DNA of 60,853 nucleotides, from positions 10,289,129 to 10,349,981 of the forward strand of contig NC_057756.1 of assembly GCF_004010195.1 (NCBI RefSeq), written 5' to 3'. Source of the DNA: Chiloscyllium plagiosum (lineage: Eukaryota). The translations under genes and the position numbers were made by a program. The notes beneath the pieces are model-generated. The model did no database searches and was not told the DNA's origin. It saw only the letters and a list, made by a program, of their open reading frames with translations. Below, one piece after another: positions 35,897 to 48,975 of this stretch. Within the stretch, counting starts at the first letter, position 1, and each line of letters opens with the position of its first letter.

Positions 35897-36461
35897 AGGA
35901 GAAGGTAAACAAGCAGAATTGTGCAGTTCGATGGTTGGTCTTAGTTTTAATGAGGAAGACAATGATAATTCGGGTTTGGATGAGTGGTGCTTTTTTTTTA
36001 TATTATTATATAATTTCTTTGCAGCTCCTATTTCAGACTCTTCCTTACAGGCTGATCGGTCTTTGGAATTTACAGCTGTTTCACTTAATTCTCAATAACT
36101 TTACCGCTGTAGTCCAGGAACAACATTGACAAGATAATAATCTCGCTGATGTATCTGCTGTACTGGCGCTATGAAGTCTGTTGAGGTTTTTAAAAGTGAA
36201 ATGCTCGAGCAAAATAACTACAGAACTACAGTTGTTGTACCTGTTGTATCTGTTCAGCTTGGCTTGTCTTGCTTTGTTGCTTTTTTGTTCGTTTTGGTGA
36301 TTGTTCTTTGTTTATGGAATATGGAGGCTGGCCGTTATTCTTTCTTGATGTGTTAAAAGATAAGGCTGGTCAGCGGTAACAATTCTCCCACACTTGGTTA
36401 AGCAATGATGCCACAGCCAGGATCTATCAGACTAAACTCCCAAGCTAAAAACTGAGATATG

Positions 36462-36499
<38 letters not shown>

Positions 36500-38412
36500 A
36501 AAGGTTTAACCCTTTGTGATTCGGTTCGAATGCACATTTGTTTGTTGGTGATTGAATGTTCCCTGGAGCTTGAGATCCGGGACTGTTTTGAATATGATTT
36601 CTATTATGGAAATTTAACATGATTTCTTTTAAGTTTAATGATTTTACAGTAATTATGAAAGAAAATATTAACTCCTGTTCTTTTTACAGGTCATGACTGC
36701 CTTACTATCAGTTCCTAACTAACATAAAAGCCAACCTTATTCAATTTCAAATCAGCTTAATATGGAGGAAAACAACATCATAACCTCTTTATTGTGTTTC
36801 AGACTCGTTTGTTTCCACTTAATTTTAAGACTGATGCGTTTCATTGGTGATTATGAAGTGCCAGCCGTAGCTTTATTCAGAAAGTCCCCTGACTCAATGA
36901 CAGTTGAAATCTCAGTTCAACATTAGATTGTAATAAATCATCAAAAAAATCCTATGGTTAATATCTGTGTCCTTGGATTCAGCCATTATTCATGCATTAG
37001 TAGTTTTTTTTTAACTTCAATCGACAAATCCTTTTAAGGCAGCTCTGGTTATTTCTCGACCTATAGCATTGTAATTGAGTTATGACTGGTCAGGACTACT
37101 TAAGAAAACTAATTTTGGATTTAAATTAAGGGACTAAAACTGGGTAATTGTAGTGGATTTTAAAGTTGGGAACTGTACGCATTTTACATTTTAAATATTA
37201 AATAAGTGAATTTCCAATTTATGTATAATATATAAATGTATATTTATAAATTATGAGAAAATAAAATGTTGTATGTTACTCAGATATATTGTAAAAAAAA
37301 TTACCATTGATATATTACCACAGAGGAGATCTGCTCTCAAACAAGCCAATGAGAACTAAGCTCTGTTGATTCTCCAATGTCCACAAAAATAATTGAAAAC
37401 TTAGTTACTTATTTCCCATAATCTTCTTCAGATGTATCCCCACTCAGTGATGCATAAAGTATGCTTGGTACCACTCCACTCAGTGCTCTCTCCAAAATTC
37501 AAGCTGAAATCTATCCATATCATTAGGTGTCCCTAACGATGAAGAAGGACTACTGCCTGACTTAAGCAGGCACTGCTGTCACCCAGCATTCCAACCTTTG
37601 GAAAATAGGGACAGCCAAACATATTGAGGAATAGGGTGGTATATCAATCATTATTTCTTTCGTAGCATCACTGCCCCATTTCATGGAGTTGGCAAGCTCC
37701 ATAATGTCACAGCCGTGTGATACAATGACTAGGACAAGTGAATGAGACAAATCACCTATTTAGTTATTCTCCTTTTGCAATTTTTGATTAGCTGAAAATT
37801 CAAATCCTAAAATTAGCTTTCAGATTATGACAAGTAAGATTCCAAAATGTACAGTTCGGAACAGGCTTTTAAGTTAGACAGGCATAAATTGATAAATTGG
37901 TTAAATGAGGTTAAAATGGAAAAGAGGCAAGGAGATCAACTACAAAAGGTAGGAGAGTGATGCAATAAGGAGGATAAAGCAGCAGAGTACAGTTTTTAAA
38001 ATATTTTAGTCACTTGTTGTGTTTCCACTCTGAATTACAGATAATGATTATTTTATTTATTATTAATTATATATTATTATTTATTTATTATTATTTATAA
38101 TAAATCAATTGTGTTAGCCTGAATCAATATTAATTGGCAGGATTCCTTCACACATTCTCAGTGACTTATCATATTGATTCATGGCTAATTTAAAACATGA
38201 CTGCATTAATTCATTGTTAATTAAAGAATGGAAAGCTAGAAATAATGTGAGAAAACAATGTAAGGCCACCAAGATTGAGGAGTATATAAACAAGGTTAAA
38301 GCAACAATACCGTAAAATAAAATAAAACTTAGGCTCGGGATTCTGAGTAGAATCTATGTCTGGCATACCGACCCGTTTTGAGAATTGGGATTTTGTTCCT
38401 GTATACATGCTG

Positions 38413-39020
38413 AGCCCTGTGGCTATGTGGTTGGCACTGTTGCCTCGCAGTGCCAGGGTCCTGGGTTTAATGCCAGCCTTGGATGGCTGTCTGTGTGGAA
38501 TTTGCACATTCTCCCCGTGTCTGTGTGGGTTTCCTCCGGGGGCTCCGGTTTCTTCCCACAGTCCAAAGATGCGCAGGTCAGGTGAATTGGCCATGCTAAA
38601 TTGCCCATAGTGTTAAGTGCATTAGTCAGAGGGAAATGGGTTTATTCTTCATAGGATTGGTGTGGACTTCACCAGTTTCTTCATCCCCCCTCCCCCCACC
38701 TTGTCTCAGCCGAATCCCTCCAGCCCGGCACCGCCTTCCTGACCTGCAGCCTTCTTCTTGACCTCTCCGCCTCCATCCTACTCCGACCTATCACCCTCAC
38801 CTTGACCTCTTTCCACCTATCACATTTCCAACGCCCCTCCTCCAAGTCCCTCCTCCCTACCTTTTATCTTCTCCTGCTGAACACTCTCTGCTCATTCCTG
38901 AAGAAGGGCCTGTGCCCGAAACGTCGAATCTCCTGTTCCCTGGATGCTGCCTGACCTGCTGTGCTGTTCCAGCAATAAAGTTTCAACGTGGATTTGTTGG
39001 GCCTGTTTCCACACTGTAGG
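38413..39020 (+). mobile_element. HE1-type SINE interrupted by a Penelope 3' fragment (~38670-38987), nested in the ERV
   Basis: SINE head and core; Penelope terminus with a hammerhead motif and cagcaataaagtttcaac; the SINE tail resumes at gtggatttgttgggcctgtttccacactgtagg. Confidence 0.75.
38894..38929 (+). ncRNA. Minimal type-I hammerhead ribozyme motif (Penelope terminus)
   Basis: attc-CTGAAGA-a-gggc(ctgt)gccc-GAAAC-GTC-gaat: catalytic core, helix II, GUC cleavage triplet and pairing helix I. Confidence 0.7.
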
Positions 39021-39839
39021 CAATTGAATCGTCTCCTGATTGTCCCCAGCCTTAATTTAAACCATCCACTTGTTGAAACTTTTCCTTCTTTTGAAAATGA
39101 AGCATCCAGTCTTCATAGTCGATATCATGGGGATGAGTGACTTGCGCCATCTTAAATCGGGTCCCATCCCAGGGACTAGAGTAATGTTAATGAAGCATGC
39201 CCCTAACTACCAGACCAAATGGCCAAATGTGCTCAGTATGTCCAAGTGTGATACAGATGCAAATGCAGTAAAATTCTAGGAGTTGCCTGAATACGAATGG
39301 CTTGTGTTTCTCGACTGAAAGATGCGCTTATCTGTCTGATGGAAGTGGCAAACAATTGAACAATAATCAAGAAGCTCAATTACCTTTATTTAACCCTATG
39401 CTTTTGCAATGTTTTCCGGCTGGAGTCACTGACATGATCCAGACCAACAGTACAAACCAGTCCAGGACGTTCCAGTCGCAAATGAGGTGAGCAGTGGTTT
39501 TCTTTTGAGATGGCCAGAACCAGACTGAACCATGATGCAAGTTACAGGTAAAACAAATTATATTCAGCATCCTCACGATCCCAAATGCCGTATGCCAGCC
39601 CTAATAGGGTTAATTGGGACCAGGATACCCAGTGGGGGCAGAACCTACCTCATGTACCTACCCGACGGCCACCGCTGGATAACCTTTTCCTGAGGGGATC
39701 CTGAAAATGGGGACAGGCAGGCCCCAGCATTTCACCTTTGAGACTGGCAACAAGACAAAATAAAACCCAGGGGCAAATGCCTGGCCCTTGCTTTAACTGT
39801 TGACATGTGGCCAATGTGGAGTAATGTGTCTTTAATGTT

Positions 39840-39990
39840 ACCTCAGAGCTGACGTTGGGAATTGACAGGCTTTCATCCTATCAAAAGGAAAAGCTACTAA
39901 TATACACTGACTCTTCATTGTGCTTTTAATATGACCCACGATTTTGGAGCCTTGTGGGAACATTGAAGGTTTTTAACTCCAAAGGGGAGG
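39840..39990 (+). pseudogene. pol: ERV pol RNase H remnant
   Basis: LIYTDS / frameshift / HCAFNMTHDFGALWEH*RFLTPKG matches the retroviral RNase H motif IYTDSxYAF..HxxGxxWxxRGFLT..G. Confidence 0.85.
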
Positions 39991-41561
39991 CAGCGTTATA
40001 GTAATGATATTTTGACCAATCAATCTGACATTTATCAAGATATCTGTCTCATGCTGATGAAACTGATACTGTTTCTAAAGTGATGCAGCTGCCAAGCAGT
40101 TAGCCTTACAACTCAAACCTCTGATCCCATTGGGTCCCTAGCAAAACCTGTTTAGACACAGTTTAAGGACGGGTATGCCAGACCTGGGTAAGGTGCAGAA
40201 ATCACTGGGGAATGATACTGTCTGTTCAGTGGCAATTCACAATGTAGAGGTTGATTTCTCTATGGCTTACTGACTGTAATCATACAGGTTATGTGTTTGG
40301 ATTGTTTTCAATATTATTTTGAAATTTGGAAGTAATTTGCAAATTTCCATTTCTGAAATATTTACAGGCACTTTATACTACAATATACTACTGACTGAAT
40401 TATCAAGTGATTTGATTTCATACATGGACACTAAGCCTAAATACCTTTGCTTTGTGTATGGAGCTTGTGAGAATACACACTGGTTGATTTGATTTATTTT
40501 TGGATTGGGCTGTTAGATCTAAGAAAGGGTGTCTGGCTGAGCTATTATCTTCACTTAGATACTTAGAACTGAACAGTGATGGTTTATAATTTTAAGACTG
40601 TACCAATATCTATATTCTAGGCTTAGCTCAATATTAGAAAGATTTCAGTGTGATTTGAAAGCTTTGTGTCATGTTACCATAATTTGGGGACAGCATTGCC
40701 CTCCAGCCAATATTTACTACCCACTTTTCTCAAAATCATCATCAGATTTCTACAATTAATTCTAATTACTGTTAACTAAAGCTGTAAATCAGGCCATTTA
40801 ATTGGGCACAATGTTAATTTCTTTTAATAAAAAGAGAATACAATATATGTTGCAGAACTAATCTAAATTTTAGATAATATAGACTTATTTTTATTAGCAA
40901 AGCTTCAAAGAGCATTACATCCCAGCAAAGCTGGATTTATAAAAATAGGTTTGCTTAAGTCACCCATGCCTGGGCTTTTCCATGTAAAATAAGAAAATAA
41001 TAGGAAGGAAGGGAATCTATCGAGCATAATTTAAAATGAATGAACCTTTTGCCAGTATGGGCAATATATTTACTCCAGCGGGCTATTTCATTTTGATTAA
41101 TTTGAGGTTTATTTATTTCAAAATTGCTCTTAGGGCTTCTAGCCTACTGAAGAGCGCAAAGTATGGCCTCAAATAAGGTACTCCCGCGATACTCAAACCA
41201 GAATATGGGTGACCCCTATCAGATTAGTTTGTGTTACTTCTTTGCTGCTGCCTATTTTAATTGAATATATGTACATTGTATATACTTATATACAATGAGG
41301 TAATGGTTTCTACTTCATTACAATGGACACTTCCCGGTCTCCAACCTTGCAAGGGGGGAGATGATAAAGATAGAACTTGACCTGCTGTGTGGACTGTCAT
41401 TGCCAGCATTGGTGCACAAGAAGGGACAGTTTCCCTGAGCAACCAGAGACTGTGTACCAACTATGCCAGGAAGATGTCCTTGTGTGCCAAAAGACTGAAT
41501 GTTGTTAAGAAAGACTTTTGCAGTGGTCAACTGCATAAAAAATTAACAGTTCATTTACAGA

Positions 41562-42216
41562 ACAATAGACAATAGACAATAGGTTCAGGAGTAGGCCATT
41601 CTGCCCTTTGAGCCTGCACCGCCATTCAATATGATCATGGCTGATCATTCCTAATCAGTATCCTGTTTCTGCCTTATCTCCATAACCCTTGATTCCACTA
41701 TCTCTAAGAGCTCTATCCAACTCTTTCTTAAATGAATCCAGAGATTGGGCTTCCACTGCCCTCTGGGGCAGAGCATTCCACACAGCCACCACTCTCCGGG
41801 TAAAGAAGTCCTCATCTCTGTCCTAAATGTTCTACCCTGTATTTTTAAGCTGTGTCCTCTGGTTCGGCACTCGCCCATCAGCGGAAACATGTTTCCTGCT
41901 GCCAGAGTGTCCAATCCTTTCATAATCTTATATGTCTCAATCTTCCTCTCAGTCTTCTAAACTCAAGGGTATACAAGCCCAGTCGCTTCAGTCTTTCTGT
42001 GTAAGGTAATCCCGCCATTCCAGGAATTGACCTCGTGAACCTACGCTGCACTCCCTCAATAGCCAGAATGTCTTTCCTCAAATTTGGAGACCAGAGCTGC
42101 GCACAGTACTCCAGGTGTGGTCTCACCAGGGCCCTGTACAGCTGCAGAAGCACCTCTTTGCTTCGATACTCAATTCCTCTTGTAATGAAGGCCAGCATGC
42201 TATTAGCCTTCCTCAC
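41562..42216 (-). mobile_element. CR1 LINE 3' fragment nested in the ERV
   Basis: KANSMLAFITRGIEYRSKEVLLQLYRALVRPHLEYCAQLWSP; (caataga)n tail. Confidence 0.92.
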
Positions 42217-42949
42217 TAGTCTAGATGGTCTTTACCATGTAAAACTGTTGCATGCCAGTTTGATGACATTTGTACTATGGGCATCCCTGATAAGCCTTAT
42301 CCCCTTTCAGATAGATCATGTCGTAAAAGAGACAAAGGTGGGATGTTTCTAGGAACCCATAATAAAAGGTTTGGAGAGGATGAAGTAATTTGTTCTGCCC
42401 TTACTTCAGTGACAGACTCCCTGACCCCTTTTATCCTTCCAAAGCCTAACAAGGGGGTATGGAATAGTACTAAAGTATTTACAGGATGTAATATCTTTTT
42501 AGTTATTTCCTATTCCCATCTGCTATTTGTTTATGGACTTCCTCCAATAAATCCGCAATATCCTATCCAAATTACTACAAGGGTAAGGGACAGGGGTGCG
42601 CTTATGCAAGTGTGCCTACATTTTTTTTCCTGTGCTATGATTAAATGAATTGGTCGCCACTGCTTTGCTGAAGGACCTCGCACCTCATTTGTATGCCTTA
42701 ACAAAAAATGTATCCCGATTATCACTGGAATTTAAACTCTATGTGGAGAGGGTAACAACACCCACCTTCATTATGATACCCCTAAAGGCACTAATATTTT
42801 CCCAGGTATTGGAGGGGAAGAACCATTTTGGGTTGCTGACCATGTTTCTTATCAAGAAACCCACCTCATTAGTAGTGGATGATTTTCACCCTCAGCACCC
42901 AGGCCAAATCATGTAATCATGGATTATCCACATACCCCAGGAAGTCACA

Positions 42950-43800
42950 AAGATAGGCCCGCTTCTTACTGGAAGGACCCTCTATTGCCTATGCTAAACC
43001 TGGATATTTTTGTTTCAGTTATAATAAGGCAGCTAACTACTTTGTCCTGAGTAGACAAGTAGTCCTCATGCCGTATCTATAGGAATACTATTTCCAACTC
43101 CTGTTCCCTATCCAGTTACCTGGCAACGAGATCATAATTCCCTTTTTAAACATACAGTTTCTCCTGACTTCTGAGCAGAATGGAAAAATCCAAAGACCAT
43201 ATCAAGAAGTAAACCACACTCATTGGCATGTGCAGCTCTTAGTGTTCTTTCACTACGAGAGTCCTTAAGAATATTAGTCATCAAAACCATAATGATCTCA
43301 TTGGTGGAGTCACAATTCTGGGGAATGAGACAACTGCCGCTTTAATAGAAATTAGGGACATGCTTTGAGAACTGCGCCTATTTGCCCAACAAAACCGATT
43401 ACATACTTGCGAAAGAAGGTGGATTTTGTGTTATAGTTAAAGGAAAATGTATTATGAGGGTCACTGAAAACATTACGAGACATATTGATAATATTCACAC
43501 TTTTGTCAACCAAGTGAACAAAGGTCCAGGATGGGAAGATTGGAATTTGGCTCATGGTGCAACTGTTTAATTAATATGTCTATGTATGGTGCTATTGTTT
43601 TAATTGGTCTTTTTATTGGTATTGCTATAGTTAAGCGTATTATTGCCAAAATATTAACTTCTATTGACAATATTGGCTCCACTCAGAAAATGCTTCTTCC
43701 CCAATTAAATGAAGATGAGGAAACCCCATTGCCTGCCCTAAGTTCCCCTTCGGAGGAAGAGGAAATATGGCAGTCTTTTGCTGTCATTGAATTGGATTAA
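42950..43800 (+). pseudogene. env: ERV env remnant (SU C-terminus and TM)
   Basis: GNETTAALIEIRDML*ELRLFAQQNR / DYILAKEGGFCVIVKGKCI (immunosuppressive-domain-like plus CX6C), then the membrane span MYGAIVLIGLFIGIAIV. Contains stops and frameshifts. Confidence 0.85.
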
Positions 43801-43850
43801 TTTGATCCATGCTTTTATGGTGTGGTCATAAAATGACCAAAAGGGGGAAA

Positions 43851-44521
43851 TGAGGATCTAAAATTTGAATTTAGGCAACAAAAATATGTAGACCTTTCTT
43901 GTAATTAAGAACCCTTTCCCAGGAAATATCATCAGATATTTCAGGAGTTGGAAATAGTGTTCCTACAGCCAAGGCATGAGGACTACTTGCTCTATTCAGG
44001 ACAAAGTAGTTAGCTGCCTTATTATAACTGTAAATCATGTCACCTTATTATATGTGATTGGCCTTCCTTGAAATAAAGGCTGTACTATTTCTTAAAAAAC
44101 ATATAAACATGCGTAATTTTCAATGTAATTGCGTAACTTCATCATGGAACACAGAAGCTTCAACCTCCTGAGTTGCTAGATAGAAGGTACCTGAATTCAA
44201 TAAACTAATTCGTGGGCGGCCCGGCGGCCCAGTGGTTAGCACTGCTGCCTCACAGCGCCAGGGACCCGGGTTCAATCCCCGCCTCAGGCGACTGACTGTG
44301 TGGAGTTTGCACGTTCTCCCCGTGTCTGCGTGGGTTTCCTCCGGGTGCTCCGGTTTCCTCCCACAGTCACAAAGATGTTAAATTGTCCCGTAGTGTTAGG
44401 TAGGGGGTAAATGCAGGGGTACGGGTGGGTTGTGCTTCGGCGGGGCGGTGTGGATTTGTTGGGCCGAAGGGCCTGTTTCCACACTGTAATGTAATGTAAT
44501 CTAATCTAATCTAAATCTTCA
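43851..44521 (+). mobile_element. ERV 3' LTR, interrupted by an HE1-type SINE
   Basis: Follows the PPT aaaagggggaaa; starts TG; TATAAA at 44102; AATAAA at 44199; ends CA at 44521. Confidence 0.75.
44214..44514 (+). mobile_element. HE1-type tRNA-derived SINE inside the LTR
   Basis: Head cagtggttagcactgctgcctcacagcgccagggacccgggttcaatccc, V-domain-like core, (ctaat)n tail. Confidence 0.85.
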
Positions 44522-44649
44522 TCTGGAATGAGCTGCCAGAGGAAGTGGTAGACGTAGATACAGTTACCACATTTAAAAGAAATTGGGCAGGGACATGAAC
44601 AATTAAGGTTCAGAGAGAATGTGGTTGAAATGCAGGCCAATGGAATCTA

Positions 44650-46575
44650 CTTTACATAAATGTGAGCATTTAGATAAATGTTGGTATTTTAATGAGCCAA
44701 ACTGGGGCACGACTTACACAGTCAGTAGTAGGGCCCTGGGGAGTGTTATAGAACGGGTTCATATCTCCTTGAAACCGGAGTCACAGGTAGACAGGGTGGT
44801 GAAGAAGGCTTCTGGTATGCTTACTTTCATCACTTAGAGCACTGAGTATAAAAGTGGGGATGTCTTGCTGCAGCTGTACAAAACATTGGTGAGGCCCTGT
44901 ACTGTGTGCAGTTCTGGTCACCCCACTGTAGAAAAGGTATGACTAAACTAGAAAGAGTGCAGAAAAGACTTACTAGGAAGAAACATAGGCTGGAAGGTTT
45001 GAGGTATAAGGAGTGGTTGGATTGGCTGGGAGTTTTTTTCCCTGGAGCGCAGGAGACTGACCTTATAGAGGTTGATAAAATCATGAGAGGCATTGATAAG
45101 GTAGATAGCCAACAGCCTATCCTCATGGTAGTGGAGTCTGAAACTAGTGGGCGTAGGTTTAAAGTGAGAGGGGAGAGATACAATAGGGTCCACAGGGGCA
45201 ATGTTTTCACATAGAGGGTGGTGAGTGTCTGGAATGTGCTGTCAGAAAGAGCAGGGACGGCTGGAACAATTCAGTAATTTGAGAAACATTTAGACTGGGA
45301 CATGGATGGGAGAGGAATGGAGGGGTATGGAACAACCACAGGCAAATGGGACCAGTTTAAATCATGAAAATGGGGCAGCATGGCAAGCTGGGCTGAAGGG
45401 CCTGTTTCCATACTGTAGACCTCCATGATGCTATGAGATAGGATTAGTTCAATTTGGTCAGCTTGATGCGGAGGGGCTGGTGTTGGAGTGGGGTGAACAA
45501 AGTCAGAAACCAGATTAAAGTCCAAACAGGTTTATTTGAAATCCCAAGCTTTCGGAACATAGCCCTTTCATCAGGTGAAGTCTTGGAGGGAGGGTTCTGT
45601 TTCTGCGCTGTATTGTCTTTGTCTACAGGAGTAGTGCCAGAAGACTGGAGGACAACAAATACTGTTCCCTTGTTCAAGAAAGGGAGTCAGGACAACCCTG
45701 GGAATGATAGACCAGTGAGCCTCACTTCGGGTTGTGTGTAAATTGTTGGAAAAGGTTATAAGAGATAGGATTTATAATAATCTCGAAAGGAATAAGTTGA
45801 TTAGGGATCTTCATGAGGTTTTGTGAAGGACAGATCGTGCCTCACAAACCTTATTGAGTTCTTTGAGAAGGTGACCAAGCAGGTGGGTGAAGGTCAGGCG
45901 GTTGATGTGGATGTACACAGATCCTTGAAAGTTGCCACCCAGGTTGACAGGGTTGTTAAGAAGGCATACAATGGGTTAGCTTTTATTAATAGAGGGATCG
46001 AGTTCTGGAACCATGAGGTTATGCTGCAACTGTACAAAATTCTGGTGCGGCCGCACTTGGCATATTGTGTACAGTTCTGGTCACTGCTTTATAAGAAGGA
46101 TGTGGAAGCTTTGGAAAGGGTGCAGAGGAGATTTACTGGGATGTTGCCTGGTGTGGAAGATGTTGCCTGGTATGGAGGGAAGGTCTTACAAGGATAGGCT
46201 GAGGGAAGTGAGGCTAATTTCATTGGAGAGAAGGTTGAGAGGTGACTTAATCGAGACAGATAAGATAATCAGAGGGTTAGATGCGTGGACAGTGAGAGCC
46301 TCTTTCCTTGGATAGTGATGGCTAACATGAGTGGATGTAGCTTTAAATTGAGGGGTGAAAGATTTAAGACAGATATCGGGGTCATTTCTATACTCAGAGA
46401 GTGGTAGGGATGTGGAATGGCCTGCCTGCAATAGTAGTAGCCTCATCGATGTTAAGGGCATTCAAGTGGGCATTGGATACACATATGGATAATAATGGAA
46501 TGGTGTAGGCATCAGGTTAATTTCACAGGTCGGCGCAACAGCGAGGGCCGAAGGACCTGTTCTGTGCTGTTATGT
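44650..46575 (+). mobile_element. Cluster of CR1 LINE fragments
   Basis: VPEDWR...PLFKKG...PGN.RPVSLTS, RSCLTNLIEFFE and VRPHL.YCVQFWS motifs in broken frames. Confidence 0.88.
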
Positions 46576-47290
46576 TCTTCAAGTATCTATGCACCTGGTC
46601 ACTGTCGTGGAGAACATATAGAAAACCACCAGGAGATGCAGAAAGTTCTTCAAGAAGTAGGTCTTTTATTTGCAAACCAAAAACCATGGCACTGAGAACG
46701 CAGATTCTCGAATGCCCCTGAACCTCAGGGTCTGTGGTTTTTTTATCTTTTTTTATCATGTTTCTGTTAGCTTATCAGCATGTCCAACTATATTAATCAA
46801 AGTACCTCAGTCTAGCTACACAATAAGCCAGTGATGTTAGTTCCCATCATCTCTTTAGTTGTACATTCTACTTAATGTTATTCTAATGTCACGGTTAGAT
46901 TTTTAGTGTCAGCTTTTCCAACAATGGTCTTTCATTCCAGACCCTACTTAATATTTTCCTGATGTCATGATTAGATATTTATTGTCAATAGTCTCAAGCA
47001 GGCTGACTCTACTAACTATTAATTAGATATTTAATGACGTGTCCCAAATATTTATGGTCCCAATCTTGTCATAGTGATACTTAAAAAGGAGGCTAACCTT
47101 ACTAACTGTTATCTCATCTCGCCATAGTGACCTTTCAGCCTTAACCTTACTCTGCTCACTGGTGTAAGACCATTCCACTGTCTTATCCCATCCTGCCTTC
47201 CACACACCCCTTGCAACAGATCGCCAGTGGACTCCATGCTTTAGCCCTTCCCTTGCTTTCATGCTCTTTATTTTCCATAACTCCCACATG

Positions 47291-47603
47291 AGGCAGCACA
47301 GTGTCTCAGTGGTTAGCACTGCTGCCCCCCAGTGCAAGGGACCTGAGTTTGATTCCTGTCTCGGGCGACTGCGTGGAGTTTGTACATTCTCCCCGTGGGT
47401 TTCCTCCAGGTGCTCCGGTTTCCTCCCACAATACAAAAGATGTGCAGGTTAAGGTGAATTGGTCATGCTAAATTGCCCATAGTGTTAGGTGTATTAGTCA
47501 GGGGTAAATATAGGGGAATGGGTCTGGGTGGGTTACTCTTCGGAGGGTCGGTGTGGACTTGTTGGGCTAAATGGCCTGTTTCCATACTGTAGGGAATCTA
47601 ATC
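47291..47603 (+). mobile_element. HE1-type SINE
   Basis: Head, core and gcctgtttccatactgtagggaatctaatct tail. Confidence 0.8.
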
Positions 47604-47619
47604 TCTCTGCTCATCTACA

Positions 47620-48630
47620 CTACCAAGAATCTTACCATTAGCCCACTACTCTGCATTCCTGTTACTCCTTCCAAAGTGAATCACCTCACAATTTTCCACA
47701 TTAAGCTCCATTTGCCACTTCTCAGCCCAGCTCTGCAGCTTACCTATGTTCCTCTGTCATCTACAACACCCTTTGTCACTATCCACAACTCTACAGACCT
47801 TAATGTCGTCTGCAAATTTACTAACTTACTTTTCTACGCCCTCATCCAGGTCGTTTATAAAAATGACGAACAGCAGTGGACCCAACACCGACCCTTGCAG
47901 TGCCCCATTAGTAACTGGACTCCAGGATGAACATTTCCCATCAACCACCACCCCCTCTGTCTTCTTTCAGCAAGCCAATTACTGATCCAAACTGCTATAT
48001 CTCCCACAATCCCATTCCTCCGCATTTTGTACAATAGCCTACTGTGGGCAACCTTATCGAATGCCTTGTTGTTAAGAAGGCATACAGTGTACTGGATTTT
48101 ATTGATCGTGGATTGAGTTTCGGAACTATGAGATAATGCTGCAGCTGTACCTGGAGTATTGTGTACAGTTCTGGTCACCGCATTACAGGAAGGACGTGGA
48201 AGCTTTGGAAAAGGATCAAGAGATTTACTAGGATATTGCCTGTTGAGGAGGGAAGGTCATAAGAGTGAAGGCTGAGGAACTTGAGGCTGTTTCCGTTAGA
48301 AAGAAGGAGGTTGAGAGGTGATTTAATTGAGAGATAGGTTGGATAGTGAGAGCCTTTTTCCTCAGATGGTGATGGCTAGCACGAGGGGATGTAGCTTTAA
48401 GTTCAGGGGTAATAGATATAGGACAGATGTCAAGCAGTATTTGGGGTATGGAATGCACTGCCTACAACAGGAGTCGACTCTCCAACGTTAGGGGCATGTA
48501 AATGGTCATTAGATAGACTTGGACGAGAATGGAATAGTGTAGGTTAGATGGGCTTCTGATTGGCTCCCCAGTCAGCTCAACATCGAGGGCTGAAGGGCCT
48601 GTACTGCATTCTAATGTTCTACGTTCTATG
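47620..48630. mobile_element. CR1 fragments in inverted arrangement (minus ~47620-48070, plus ~48070-48630)
   Basis: KAFDKV motif on the minus strand joined directly to the plus-strand C-terminal region and tail; consistent with a 5' inversion. Confidence 0.7.
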
Positions 48631-48911
48631 TGCGACTCAATGAATCTATACTGTAGTTGAGACTGAACCAGTGCTTTGACATTGTTCAAGGTTACTTCTC
48701 TACTTCTGGAGCCAATTCCTCAACTAAGATGCTAATCGTCAATGAACTGAGCTCTGAACGGAGAAAGGTGAAGGACTGAGAAAGCCCCAGTTCACTTCAT
48801 ACGGAACAGGGAAAGGTGTCAGAAGTGGGACTCTTGAGTCTAACAAACACCAGGCTGAGGAGAACACTTCTTGATCTGACTACACACACATGCACACATT
48901 CCAACACTTAC

Positions 48912-48975
48912 CTTCAGAGAGCAACGAGCAGATGAGAACGGTTGGGTATAATGTTTTTAGGCATCTCTGCAACAT
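48912..48975 (-). CDS. Gene B exon 1: signal peptide of an LU-domain protein
   Basis: aaacaATG at 48975 reads MLQRCLKTLYPTVLICSLLSE+G, then G|GTAAGT phase-1 donor. Resembles gene A exon 1 and joins exon 2 in frame across a 15.3-kb intron. Confidence 0.75.

Larger units (their letters stand above)
35008..44521 (+). mobile_element. Decayed endogenous retrovirus (class I-like env) in gene B intron 1, antisense to the gene
   Basis: Shared LTR start (aggatctaaaatttgaatttaggcaacaaaaatat) at ~35010 and 43853; polypurine tract before the 3' LTR; gag-, RNase H- and env-like remnants in order. It splits a CR1 (...gagggtggtgcatatc | atctggaatgagctgcc...). Confidence 0.85.

Noticed and set aside
48912..48964. 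Apparent frameshift or lost start in gene B exon 1 (ATG at 48964 is out of frame)
   Set aside because: An in-frame ATG with A at -3 lies at 48975, so the exon is intact.
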